Notes under the pieces: model-generated
What the model saw: the letters and a program-made list of their open reading frames with translations, nothing else
The model's database searches: none
Told to the model about the DNA's origin: nothing
Shown: one piece after another, positions 13,972 to 27,436 of the stretch
How the letters are laid out: each line of letters begins with the position of its first letter
How positions within the stretch are numbered: position 1 is the first letter of the stretch
Assembly: GCA_951406725.2 (NCBI GenBank)
Contig: OX597819.1
Coordinates: 63,302,001 to 63,366,000, forward strand
Origin: Octopus vulgaris
Taxonomy: Eukaryota
DNA length: 64,000 nucleotides
Direction of reading: 5' to 3'
Position numbers and translations under genes: made by a program

Positions 13972-14036
13972 ATTTTTTGCGTAATGAGATAAAAAAACCA
14001 AGTCTGTGTAGATATTATAACATTTATAGATAGAAG

Positions 14037-14088
14037 GTCTTACAGTTGTTTCCAGGATATTTATTAATTATATCCCTTCATCGGAGAC
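14037..14088 (-). ncRNA. Minimal type I hammerhead, near intact
   Basis: GTCT CCGATGA A GGGATAT..ATATCCT(G) GAAA CAACTG TA AGAC; helix I GTCT/AGAC. Confidence 0.7.
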
Positions 14089-14550
14089 ACTGTGAGAGGA
14101 TGGTTAAGTAATAATTAATTTAGATAGGATACAAAACAGAGAGTGAGGTGGAGGAAAGAAAATAGATGTGAGATATGTAGAGATATTGAATTTATTGATC
14201 CAATCTTTTAGGCAGAACGGTATATATGTAAAATTCCAATACCTTATGAGAAAAATCCAACAGAATTTAAAATTATTCATTCCAAGTATACAGTTTATTC
14301 ATGATGTAAGATTCCAATACCTTATGAGTAAGATCCAACGGTATATATATATACATACATAAAGATAAGCATATAAAAAGTGGGCCATGGGAAAAGTCAT
14401 TTAAATTAAAGGGTCGGGAGCCAATGCAAGGAACCACTGTAAAAACGTTGGAAATCACTGATCTAAATAAGTTAGTGAAAGTATTGCGTATATTTTTTTC
14501 TTTCTACATTCCCCTAACATAATGCCCACCACCTCACAAAAATTCCATCA

Positions 14551-14842
14551 TTCACTTGCACTTCCAGCAATTTAACCTACCGCATTCTCTGCTTCCTCTG
14601 TCATTCTTTGTATATTGGTTAAACAGGCCCACACTTGGTCGAACGGTTTGCCGGACATCTCCGGGACATCAAACTCCGAAATGATATCCCGGTCACGCAC
14701 CAATACCGCTCGACCGGTCCTTCGTTTCAACGTGCGTCTGTGTTCGGACTGGCGTTGCACAGAGTCCACCCAAATTCCCGCCCTTGTCGAGAGGAGGAAT
14801 TTATTTTTTGTTTCCATTTCTCAATCCCGCAAGGTTTCAATT
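14551..14842 (+). pseudogene. Penelope-like (Neptune-type) GIY-YIG endonuclease remnant, followed by a CA-rich tail to ~15230
   Basis: FTCTSSNLTYRILCFLCHSLYIG*TGPHLVERFAGHLRDI...PV..REEEFIF..PQGFN. Confidence 0.8.
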
Positions 14843-15239
14843 TTTACCCCTCTTCATCTAGTCCACATCCACACACATTTACATACACAAGAAAACGCCC
14901 ATGTTTCACTGCCCCTTCACCACTAGCTTCACACATTCTCTTCTTTGTTATACTCATTACCCACACCGTACACACACTCATTTCCCTATAGCATATACAT
15001 ACACCTACACACACACACACTCCTTCCTACTTCACATACACCAGCACTCACATTCCACTTCTTTTCCCAGACGTAGAGTAGCTGTTTACAGTCACGCACA
15101 CACATCCCAACGACCGCTTCCTTAGATAATTCTTGCGCCACCTCACACCTCTAGGTCGACCAACATACATCCCACTATAACACACATATATCAGAGAGCC
15201 TTTCATATACATGCACACTTACGCACACATATATGCACT

Positions 15240-15790
15240 TGCTCAGTGTGTGCCACGTTGTCTGACACTTGATGAAAAGCGCATCAGGCTGACAATATCA
15301 AAGGAAAATCTGACACTATTTGACGTAGATCCAGTTGGTTTCAGTGAATGTTTCCTAACCCTGGATGAGAGTTGGGTTTATTACTTTGAACCAGAGACAA
15401 TCCATGTACTGGAAAAAGCCACCTCACCTTCTCCAAAGTAGGCACAGGTTGTTTCATCTGCTAGGATGGTAATGGCCTAAAGTTTGGGTGATGCAAAAGC
15501 ATTATGTTTATTGACTATCTTGAAAAGGGCCATGCCATTAACAGAGAATACTATGCCAAATTGCTGAGGTAGTTACGAAATACTATCACGATCAAACGCT
15601 GGAGAAAAATGGCAAAAGGTGTCATCTTTCATCAGGACAATGCTCCAACACAGAAGTCTTTGGTTTCAATGCTTACTGTGCGTGACTGGCTTTGAACAAG
15701 TTGCTCAACTTCCATATTCTCTTCATTTGGCCCCATATGATAATCACCTGTTCTTGGACATAAGAAAGAAAACGCTTACCTGGAATCCAG
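15240..15790 (+). pseudogene. Mariner transposase fragment (second family)
   Basis: (W)VPRCLT, TLDESWVYYFEPET, HQDNAP and PYSLHLAPYD motifs. Confidence 0.8.
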
Positions 15791-15825
15791 AATCGCAGCG
15801 ATGGAGACTATAACTGCAGCTGTAC

Positions 15826-15876
<51 letters not shown>

Positions 15877-15947
15877 CATATACCAGAATAAGCACATAAA
15901 TGTGAAACGAGGTGGAAAAATAGCACTCGAATATTAGAGGTAGAGAA

Positions 15948-16112
15948 ATATGCTTTATTAATAAAGCTGCAAAGACATCACAAACACTGTTACTCAGAGT
16001 TTCACGTTCCCGTTCGACAGACAGTTTTTCCCAACCAAAACTGTCCTATAAACGGGAACGTGAAACTCTGAGTAACATTTTTTGTGATGTCTTTGCAGCC
16101 TTATTAATAAAG

Positions 16113-16117
<5 letters not shown>
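15948..16117. repeat. Imperfect inverted repeat of a Penelope-type terminal repeat, with a hammerhead in each arm
   Basis: Arms ~80 bp; minus-strand ACTGT CTGTCGA ACG GGAA CGT GAAA CTC T GAG TA ACAGT at 15986-16025. Confidence 0.8.
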
Positions 16118-16176
<59 letters not shown>

Positions 16177-19100
16177 TGTGTGTGTTTCTGCTCTTGTGTA
16201 TGGACATATATAGATACATGTAGGGTGAAACAGATTCCATATAGCCTAATGATGGTCTGGGGAGGCAAAAATTTGGTTTTTGGATTCATCTTTTTCAAGT
16301 GTTTGAAGGGCATATGACTTTCGTAGAGGTTGAAGTGTTTTTGTTTATCTGTATTTCATAAAAGACTGACAATGACAGAGAATCAATAATTTCACATGCG
16401 TGGGAAGAAACATTTTGGAGCGACAAAATAGTGGAAGAGCGGTCGGAATGAATTTGGTCGGAGAGTAAGAAAGAGAAATTTGGAAACGTGTTGAATAAGA
16501 ATAAATAGGGAAGAATATCGATATGCTTAATGGTGGATCGATTTAATTTCTGTTGTGAAGATCAGCGCCTGCAACAGGTTCCATGTCAATACACATACAC
16601 ACACGCACGCACTCAGAGAAACATGACCACACTTACGCACATACATGCGAACATTCGGATGGAACTAGCATTCACACAAATACGCCGTTGTGCGTACATA
16701 GAAGACGTACACACAATTGGAGAATGGAAGCAATCGCATACACATTTGCACTTTTTCCTTCCCCCTCAGAAATTAATAATATACCGAAGACATAATGACG
16801 TTTATGTTATTCGTTTGTATGAGTAACGATTAAAAGAGAGAGTTTGTCATGTGATGTAAATGTCTGAATTAAAAGATGGTGAAAATGTTAGGCGCAGAGC
16901 TAATAAATGGATGTGTTGGCAATTTTAAAATAATTTGTGGTAGGATTAATACAAGAAAAAGTGAAAAAATTACAAAAGTAGTTAATAATAAAGTAAGATG
17001 AATAATACAGTGAGTTGTGAATTAATATGCTGCATGATTAAATAAATATATAAGTGGATATTTATAATGTACAAAAGAAAAGATGGAATATATTAATATA
17101 AAATTAAATGTAGAATATATAGTGAACGAAAGTGAGATGATGTGAAGTACCACGAAAAAAGAAAAGTGCTTGATTAAATTAAAAGGAATAGAAAGGAGAT
17201 AAACTGCGAGATAAAATGAAATAAAACAGAACGTGTCAAGGAAGACAGAATAAAATAGAACAAGGAAAGGAATGATGACTCTATAGATTTTCAAAGGTAG
17301 AAAATTTATCTCGTGTGTTGATCTCTTTTTCAATTCTTTCAATTTAATCATGCACTTTTCTCTTTACATCTTACGTCATTTCGTCGTACTTCAGTTAATT
17401 GACTTTAATATATATATATATATATAATATTTATGTGTATTTTTGGTATATTTTCTTTTAAATATATTACATACCCACTTTATTTAATCACCCGTACTAA
17501 TACTTCACATGTTGATGTATTCATTTTAATTAGTCGTTAGCTATCGTTTTTTAGTGGTTCTTCAATTATTAATCCAACAGTAAATTATCTTGAGTTTACT
17601 TTCTAATACTCTTAGTATTTTGCTAAAATTCCATTAATTATTTTCCTTACCAATTTTTTTTATAATCTTCACTCAATGACTCTAAGTAAAGAATATTATA
17701 AACAATCATGTACTACTCAGATGTTGTTGATTCCAGAGGTACGATTTCGTATATTAGCTGTTAATTAGCACATATCATTTAATCATTATTTGATTCGGCA
17801 ATAATCTCCCATACATTTAATTCCATAATGTCTTTAATTTCATTACAAACATTAAAAATTTATTATTTTTACATTTAGACACCTACAAACTTGGTTCCTT
17901 TAAGCACATATATTACTGCCTGAGATATGACTGTGAATGCGCAAAATCGTGAGAGCATTGAAGAAGTTCCTTTCGGCCTTCTTGTGGTCGATAAAATGAA
18001 ATACCAATCATGTAATGCAGAACACTAGCAGGTAACGCCTAACTCTTCCTACCTTATCATATTTTCAAAAAGAAAATCCTCAGTTTCAATACTTAAAACA
18101 TGATATTGTTATAAAAACATTGGTTCTGAGCGCACGGATTCAGTTATAATATAGGTGACAATTGAGTAAAGGCATTAAACTTTCTCTATTGTTAATAATT
18201 CAACCTTATATTTGTCTTCCCAAAATTGATCACACATTAAGATTATCAAGCCACATATTACCCTGCCCCATATGTATGTTATATACGAGGTGTATCAGTG
18301 TCTACTTTTAGAGGATGATACTGTAACAATTAGCATTACGACACCAGAATAATGCAGGGATTGTACAAAATATCACTCTTTATTGATTAACCACTTAACA
18401 CAGCTAAGATCCAGAGAAATGACACAGGTGAAGTATTGTGTCAAAGCATACAGTTGCTAAAGTCATACACTTAATAATTACTGTTATCAAGGATGAGAGG
18501 AATGTATGGTGACACCAATTTTCTGAGAAATTAAGGAAAAATTTGCTGAGAAATTGAAGGAAACTAATTGCAGCTGATGTCATATTTTTTTCAATAAGGT
18601 TTCTCGTAGATTATCAGTGTTCGGTTTTGATCTGTACTCAAAATTATACCCGTTCACAAGTAATATTTTCTTTATAATTTCTTTTTATCTATATACATTT
18701 ACAATTTCCTCTATTATTTTAAGGAAAGACTTGATGTTATATATTTATATTGAGATTTATTTTTTATTCATACGCAATGCTACAAAAATATTGGAAAGAA
18801 ATATTGAGAGCAGATGTAAAAGAATCAAATATATCGCCTATCAAAAAATTTCAAACGAAAACCTTTGAAAATACAGGACATGTTGCCTGAGTAGTGAGAA
18901 GTGCATCTGTGACTTTTGAGTAAAGCTAGAACATCGGGTGTCTCTTTCAGTCACTCACTCTATTATGTGTCTCACTCATTGGAGAGCAGCCATGCTGCAG
19001 TGTTGGAAATTAGGATTAGCGGAACAAATCAGAAGGGTGTGTATTTCATGCCTGCTACTGATTTTAAGTATCTATTTTGCGTGATCCGCTAAGATATGGA

Positions 19101-19327
19101 AAAGAAAACAATCAATTACCGAACTGGTAGTCGGTGATATAGCAAAAAGAGAGATAAGGGCAGAAATATAAACTCACACAAACACACACATGTACACAAA
19201 CACACACACAAACACAAACACACAAACACACACAAAAAGTTAACTGTACGTATTAAATATATAATACAATATAGTGTAATATATATATATGTGTATATAT
19301 ATACAATATTTATAAATATATATATAC

Positions 19328-19543
19328 ACTCTTTTACTTGTTTCATTCATTTGACTGCGGCCATGCTGGAGCACCGCCTTTAGTTGACCAAATCGACTCG
19401 AGGACTTATTATTTGTAAGCCTAGTACTTATTCTATCAGTCTATTTTGCGGAACCACTATGTTACGGGGATGTAAACACACCAGCATCGGTTGTAAAGCG
19501 ATGTTGGGAGGACAAGCACAGACACAAAAACGTATAGACACAT

Positions 19544-19639
<96 letters not shown>

Positions 19640-19811
19640 ATATATACGACGGTATTCTTTCAGTTTCCGTCTACTAAATTCAATCCATTCACAAGGCTTT
19701 GGTTGGACCGAAGCTATAGTAGAAGACAGTTGCTCAAGGTGCCACGGTGAGGGACTGAACCCAGAACCATGTGATTGGTAAGGAAGCTACTTACCACAGA
19801 GCCACTCCTGT
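19328..19811 (-). mobile_element. SINE family A, full length
   Basis: Colinear with 12899-13354 and 42754-43168. Confidence 0.9.
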
Positions 19812-19849
19812 ACACACAGTATATGTATACACAAGCACATGTTACTCCC

Positions 19850-19980
19850 TGGTGGGTTTACTAGCCAACGACATAATTCCATCACTACATAGCACCATTG
19901 GCGAATGTCTCCTTTTATAGCCTTCGGCCAACCAGCCGCTTGTAGTCGGATTTGATTGAAAGAAACTGAAATAAACCCAT

Positions 19981-20022
<42 letters not shown>

Positions 20023-20222
20023 TGTATATTTGTATCTGCAGTTGCGCCAACCAGTGTTAGTGTAATTTCGTCCCCTGAACTTCGTGGTTCGGCACAAGAA
20101 AACAATAAAGTATATACGAGGCTTAAAAATTGAGTACTCGGGTCAATTCATTCGAGAAAAACTGTTTAAGGCGTTGCTCCAACATGACTGCAGTCTAATG
20201 ACACAAACAAATAAACGAAGAA
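19850..20222 (+). mobile_element. SINE family A, diverged copy
   Basis: Colinear motifs with internal (TG)n. Confidence 0.7.
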
Positions 20223-20567
20223 GATAATATATATACATATATGAATACACATATGGATTTCATACACAAATACAGTCTCCTGATTTCTAAATTCACTCGC
20301 AACATTTTTATAGTAGAAGACACATGATCATTGTATTCTTTTATTCTCTTATTTCTTTACTAGTTTCAGTCGTTTGAGTGTGGCCATGTAGGAGTCATTT
20401 AGTCCTTTCGTCGAACTAATCGATCCCCAGGACTTATTGTTTGTATTATATCGGACTCTTTAACTGAACCGCTGAGATAAGGGGGCGCAAACACACCAAC
20501 ATCGGTCGTCAATTATGGGGGTGGGGACACGCATACGCACAAATATATATGTATATATTTATATATA

Positions 20568-20702
20568 GGCGTAGGTATGTAGCTTGCTAACGAATCGCAT
20601 GGTTCTGGGTTTAGTCCCACTGCGTGGCACCTTAGGCGAATGTCTTCTACTATAGCCTCGGGCCGAGTGGATTTGGTAGACGGAAACTGAAAGAAGCCCG
20701 TC

Positions 20703-20770
<68 letters not shown>

Positions 20771-21126
20771 GTGTGTGTATATGTTTGTGTGTCTGTGTTT
20801 GCTCCCCAACACCGCTTAACAGTCGGTGCTGGTGTGTTTACGTCCCGGTAACTTAGCGGTTCGGGAAAAGAGTCCGATAAATTAAGTACTAGGCTTACAA
20901 AGAATAAGTCCTGTGCTCGATTTGGTCAACTGCATGGTCGCAGTCAAATAAATAAAACAAGTAAAAGAGTACTTAGCGGTTCGGCAAAAAGAGACCGATA
21001 GAATAAGTACTGGGCTTACAAAGAATAAGTCCCGGGGTCGATTTGCTCGACTAAAAGGCGGTGCTCCAGCATGGCCGCAGTCAAATGACTGAAACAAGTA
21101 AAAGAGTAAAAGAGAGTAGAAGAGTA
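20568..21126 (+). mobile_element. SINE family A with tandemly duplicated 3' module
   Basis: ACTTAGCGGTTCGG...AAACAAGTAAAAGAGT occurs at ~20851 and ~20971. Confidence 0.85.
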
Positions 21127-21226
21127 TATAGTTGGAATTTACAAAAAAAAAAAAAAAAAAAGACGAAGGCAGGTGTGTAACTAACAAACAGGTGTATTAA
21201 TTTAACGCACCGAAAGGTGAGAAAGT

Positions 21227-21262
21227 CTTTTTCATTTCGAGCCTACGCTCTCCAAGAGAAAG
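21227..21262 (-). ncRNA. Degenerate minimal hammerhead in a PLE-like fragment
   Basis: CTTT ctcttgg A GAGC gtag GCTC GAAA tg aa AAAG; helices I and II recognisable, core mutated. Confidence 0.4.
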
Positions 21263-21719
21263 GAACACGGTAAACGAAACATACTACGGGCTTCCATCTA
21301 CCAAATCCACTCAAAATGCTTTGGTCGGCCCCTGGATACTGTAGAAGATACTTGCCCAAGACGCCATACAGTGGAACTGAACCCGGATCCATGTGATTAA
21401 GAAGCAAGCTTCTTACCACACAGCCACTCAAATTCAGTTATTATATATATATTTAAGCACAGTTTGGTAGAATATGAAAAATAATGGGAGGACAATACTC
21501 AGCGGTATTTCATTTTGAGTTCAAATCCACATTGAATCCACATTGTTATTCACTATTCCATGATGGACGGAATATGCACCAGGTAAACATTAGGGCTCGT
21601 CTTCATCAAGTAAACACCTATTCAAAAAAGTCATGGCTGTTTGTACATCGAGAAACTATTATGCGAGCTATTGCTGCCTTTATTACCATTTAAATAATAA
21701 AGACGACAATTATGACGAC

Positions 21720-21731
21720 GATAATGATGAA

Positions 21732-21779
<48 letters not shown>

Positions 21780-21810
21780 AATAATAATAATAATAGCAAT
21801 AGTAATAATG

Positions 21811-21862
<52 letters not shown>
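21720..21862. repeat. (GAT)n/(AAT)n compound microsatellite
   Basis: Direct observation. Confidence 0.95.
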
Positions 21863-21863
<1 letters not shown>

Positions 21864-22279
21864 TCTCATTAAAATATAATAATATTAATCAGATAGTACC
21901 AAAACGATGTTGAACAGGATTTTGTTTTCCAACCAGTAAAATCTTTGAATGACGTAAAAATGGAAGGAAACGAAGAATTAAGCATAAAAAAACATGCATA
22001 AATAAAAAGAAGAAAGAAAAAAAAAGGAAGATAAAAAAAGGAAAGGAAGAGTCGTAAATGATGAACTGATAGAAGACAAAAACAACAAAATATAAAATCA
22101 CAAAACACACTGCTAGTCATCAAAATAGGACAAAACAATTGAGAAGGAGCGAAAGTGACAAAACAATTAGCAATAAGAAATGATGGAAAACAAAAACACT
22201 GTAAAACCCCCCAAAAAATAATAAAATAACCAACAGAAAATAATAAAAGCACATATGCATAATGGAATATATGTGTAAG

Positions 22280-22312
22280 ACTATATGTATATATACGTAC
22301 ATAAATACATAC

Positions 22313-22353
<41 letters not shown>

Positions 22354-22717
22354 TATACATAAATATATGTATATGCATATATATGTATATATATACATAT
22401 ATGTATATATACATATATGTATATATATATACATATATATGCATATATATATATATATGTATATATATATATGTATATATATGCATATATATGTATATAT
22501 ATATATACATATATGAATATATATATATATATATATGCATATATATACATAAATATATGTATATGCATATATATGTATATATATACATATATGTATATAT
22601 ACATATATGTATATATATATACATATATATGCATATATATATATGTATATATATATATGTATATATATATGTATATGTATATATATATGTATATATATGT
22701 ATATATATATATGTATG

Positions 22718-22753
<36 letters not shown>

Positions 22754-23012
22754 GTATATATATATATGCATATATATGTATATATATACATATATGTATA
22801 TATACATATATATATGTATATATATGTATATATATATGTGTATATATATATATATGTATATATATATGTATATATATATATATGCATATATATGTATATA
22901 TATACATATATGTATATATACATATATATATGCATATATAAGTATATATGCATATGTATATATGTATGTATATATATAAATGTATATACATGTATACATA
23001 TACATGTGTGTT

Positions 23013-23102
<90 letters not shown>

Positions 23103-23172
23103 TAGATATATACATATCTACACTTATATACACTCAAATACACTACCGAAACAAACACAACATACATACATT

Positions 23173-23216
<44 letters not shown>

Positions 23217-23355
23217 AGTATAAATATATATATATGTATATATATAAATATAACTACATATGTATATACATAGATACATTTGTATATATATATATATGTG
23301 TGTGTATATATATATATATATATGTATGTATATATGTATACACACACACACATAC

Positions 23356-23388
<33 letters not shown>

Positions 23389-23440
23389 CGATCCTAGATA
23401 CATACATTCACACACACACGCACACACACACACACACACA
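22280..23440. repeat. ~1.1-kb compound (TA)n/(TATG)/(GATA)n microsatellite
   Basis: Direct observation; produces the 512-aa and 337-aa IY-rich pseudo-ORFs. Confidence 0.95.
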
Positions 23441-24360
23441 TATGTAATCTCCCTTTGATAAAATATAACAGAAAAAGTATGTAACAAAAACAGTCATTGA
23501 AAAAATGCACACAATGAATAAAAACTTGAGAAAAAGACAATAAATTCAGAAAAAAAGAGATGAAAATGAATGACTGGTTGGATTGATGAATAAATAATTG
23601 AATGGTCGAATGAATACACCATTAGAAGAGAGAGAGAGAGCTAAAACGAATGAAAAAATTAATGAATAGATGAATGAACTTATGAATGAATCAATGAATG
23701 AAAGTAAAGAATAACGGGGGAACAAAGAATTGCAAAAGCAAAACAAAAAAATACAAAGTAATGATAAAAATAAGCAAAGGAAAAAACTAAATGATGAACT
23801 AAGACAATACATACCACAACGTCATCAAAACAGTGGAAAACAAATAAAAAAAGACAGGAGAAAACCCTAACAAAAAGCATAAAAACACAAAGCATATTAT
23901 TACGGTATAAGCAAATAATAATCATTCATACTGCTATCAATATATTTTGTCAGAGCGATTGATTTCTGACTTAGAATTAGACAAGTCATATTTTCCGAAT
24001 ATGTCAGCTAGTGCGTACCCAATGATGCATGTTAAGTACAGTTGAATGAATAGGGAGACAATTATATACAGCGAGCAACTTAGACACACATAACCACACT
24101 GAACATACACATCGATTAACCATCTATTTGCACAGGCTTCCTTATTGTATCTTCCTCTATGCATTTCTGCTTTGTTTTCCACATGTGTCCTTGTGTATAT
24201 GTAATAATTCTGTTTGTGTGTTTCAGAGGCATAGAAATACACTAAATATATACATACACATGAACTTGGGCACATGCAAACATATACCATCCGTATAGAC
24301 ACGCATGCACATACATATATCATGTCTATTCGCATGTATATAATACATATACATATATAC

Positions 24361-24444
<84 letters not shown>

Positions 24445-24523
24445 CTGTCTATCTACAGATAGATATAAATATATATAAATATACATACACACAGATATAT
24501 GTGTATATATATAGGTATACATA

Positions 24524-24594
<71 letters not shown>

Positions 24595-24789
24595 ATATAT
24601 ATATGAGTGTGTGTATATATATATATATAATTTATATGTATACACACACATAAATATATATACATATGAAGGTATGCACACGCACACGCAAACATACGCA
24701 CGCGCGCACACACACACATATACAGAGACATATGTATATATAAGAAAATGAAGTCACAAAATATAAACCATTATCTTATGTACTCCATG

Positions 24790-24871
24790 AGCTTACTGCT
24801 GTTTCTACTATCAGATGCAGTGAACTCATAAGCTGTGTGCCTGAATAACACGAAATAGCTTCATAAGAGCC
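24790..24871 (-). ncRNA. Degenerate hammerhead in a PLE-like repeat (24742-24873; second partial copy ~26182-26292)
   Basis: GCT CTTATGA A GCTAT...ATAGTA GAAA CAGCAG TA AGC. Confidence 0.45.
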
Positions 24872-24887
24872 TCAAACATGGAGTGTG

Positions 24888-24982
<95 letters not shown>

Positions 24983-24994
24983 ATATATATATAT

Positions 24995-25945
24995 CAACAC
25001 AACCAAAGCACTCTATAGGGGATTAGTGGAGGAGAAGTACGACGACGAGCGCGGGGCGAACCTGGACGTCGACGAGGAGTACCTGACCCGCCTGTTCAGG
25101 ACGACTTTCGGGCTAGGGCCCATGGACAGCTTTCAGAGATCCCTGGCCTGGCAGTGCTACCGAGAAGCGCTACTCGTTCAGGATAAGCTCTACAGACACG
25201 GCTCGAGAAACACGGGACCGACCCGCCCGAGATGCGGTCAGAGCGAAAAAACCGCTCTGCACGCACTCGTGCAGTGTCCAACAATTTCCGACCTGTGGGC
25301 TTATGTCGAACGACTGCTGTCAAGTGTGGGACGAGTCGGTTTATCAGCCGAGTCTATCGTCAATATTGTCACGCCTCCTTCCTTCAAACTGGAAGGAAGA
25401 GCTATTTTCATCATTCTTGTGGCTATGGCGAAAGAATGTATCCGTTGGACGTATCTGAAAGGGTTGGAGACAAACACTTTCATCAACTTCTTCAAGTATC
25501 ACTTGAAAAGGAAAGTGAGAGTAGAGAGGCAAGTTTTGTCTAGCGAATGTTTCAAAAAAAGATGGGTGAATGTAGCAAGGATGGCACGTATGAATGACAA
25601 AGCCACCTTGAGCATAATCCTATGAACCCGGAAAAATTTAAAACAGCGGGTTACCTACTTGCAAACGAATGAGTTAACATGTAATATTATTGACCGAGAT
25701 TACCGTGGTCTTTTCCGTAGGCTTTTCTTTCCACGGAAAAACCCTATCTGCTTCCTCCTTTATACTTTACATCATGACATTACTGTAATACACGATCCCT
25801 ATTGATGTTTTTTTTCTTTTTCTTTTACGATCGCTTTTCATCGAAAGCCTACCCCACTTTTTTTTCTTTTCTTTTCTCCCCATAAAGAAAAGCTCTACTT
25901 TGTAATCTGCCCCGTCTGTCTGCAGCTCTTTGTGGCTAATAAAGA

Positions 25946-25948
<3 letters not shown>
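24995..25948 (+). mobile_element. 3' fragment of an L1/Tx1-like LINE (ORF2 C-terminus and 3'UTR)
   Basis: Open frame to 25625 with a zf-RVT-like R(C)PRCGQSEKTALHALVQC motif and LW/W residues; 3'UTR ends AATAAAGAAAC then (AT)n. Confidence 0.8.
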
Positions 25949-26000
<52 letters not shown>

Positions 26001-27069
26001 TAAATTCTGGTGCCTTTAACCTAAGTAACATATATATTTATATAATTCAATACGGAGCTAATAATTCATGAGACAAATTCACGAAAAAATAAGTTGCGAA
26101 GGTATTATTGACACTGTTATCATCTAGTGGAATAATTTTAAAATGATAATAACACACACAGACACACATATACATGTATCTAAGAAAATTAAATGACAAA
26201 ATATAAACGATTGTCTTCTGTACATCATTAGCTTACAGCAGTTTTTGCTACCAGACGCAGTGAGCTTATAAGCTGTATTTCTGAATAACACCTTATAAGC
26301 TGTTATGCCTGTCTAGAAACCGCTCCACCTGAGTCCAAATACTTGAATTATGCTGGGATGTTGTCTTGGGTCTTTTGCCTTCGGACTTTTGAGTTCAGTA
26401 GTTATTATCATTGTACTTTGGCGATTCAAATAAGAGTTTTGACTGTTATTTCCAGCAGGTAGACATACTCATTATTACTTTTGATTAAATGTAATTTTAA
26501 CGGTTTATTTTGGGTTGTTAAAGAAGATGACACTAGAATTTTTAATTAAATATCGGAGGCTGTATATAATATAAATTTTATTAATTTCTGCTAAAGAATT
26601 TAGAAGGTTAATAAAATACTTTTCAAGATTTCGTAAGAATTGTCCTCTGCTCTTCTTATTCAGCTTATACTTTTAGACAGCGCCAGAGTGACCAGTCCTA
26701 TAGTGTAATATTTTTGCTATCCTTTACAATTAAATACAGCGTATTAATGACATTGTCACTTGCACAGTGGTTAGCTCATATCATTTGTATCAGGAACATA
26801 GCTGCTAATTGTATGTTTTGTGGTAACAGTAGATGTGTAGCCGACAGTGCCTAATATAGTAACTGGAATTGTGTGATTTATATGTATCAAGGAATATATA
26901 CGTTGGTGTTTGTATGAAAATATGCTTTAATAAAAATCTATGAGCGTTTCTGTGACGTATGAGCTGATATATGTCTAGGGATAAATGCATACATATACTT
27001 ATCTACGCACATGTATACGCCCTATCGATAGGCCATAGACATACATATACTTACACATACATACATAAT

Positions 27070-27120
<51 letters not shown>

Positions 27121-27175
27121 TGTACGAATGTATGTATGCATGTGTATTATAAGAAAACACATACATATACATACA

Positions 27176-27243
<68 letters not shown>

Positions 27244-27309
27244 GGTCCCGGGTTGAGTCGGGGTTAACCACAGTAAATAAGGTACTCAATACATAGCAAA
27301 GTAAATTAA

Positions 27310-27436
27310 TTTATTTTATAGAAGGAGCTTCTACAGGACTAGAACTGTTTCATTCAAAAGAAATCATCAGGAAGCTTCCTGATGATTTCTTTTGAATGAA
27401 ACAGTTCTAGTCCTGTAGAAGCTCCTTCTATAAAAT

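Larger units (their letters stand above)
20340..21429 (-). mobile_element. SINE family A copy split by nested insertions (3' half 20340-20545; 5' half 21285-21429)
   Basis: Two halves in register, interrupted at the central microsatellite. Confidence 0.7.

Noticed and set aside
21869-23407. 512-aa and overlapping long IY-rich ORFs
   Set aside because: Translation of (TA)n/(TATG)n, which lacks stops; no protein-like composition.
26440-26466. CAG|CAG|GTAGAC as a 3-nt microexon
   Set aside because: Weak donor, no clear branch point, and likely repeat-derived.
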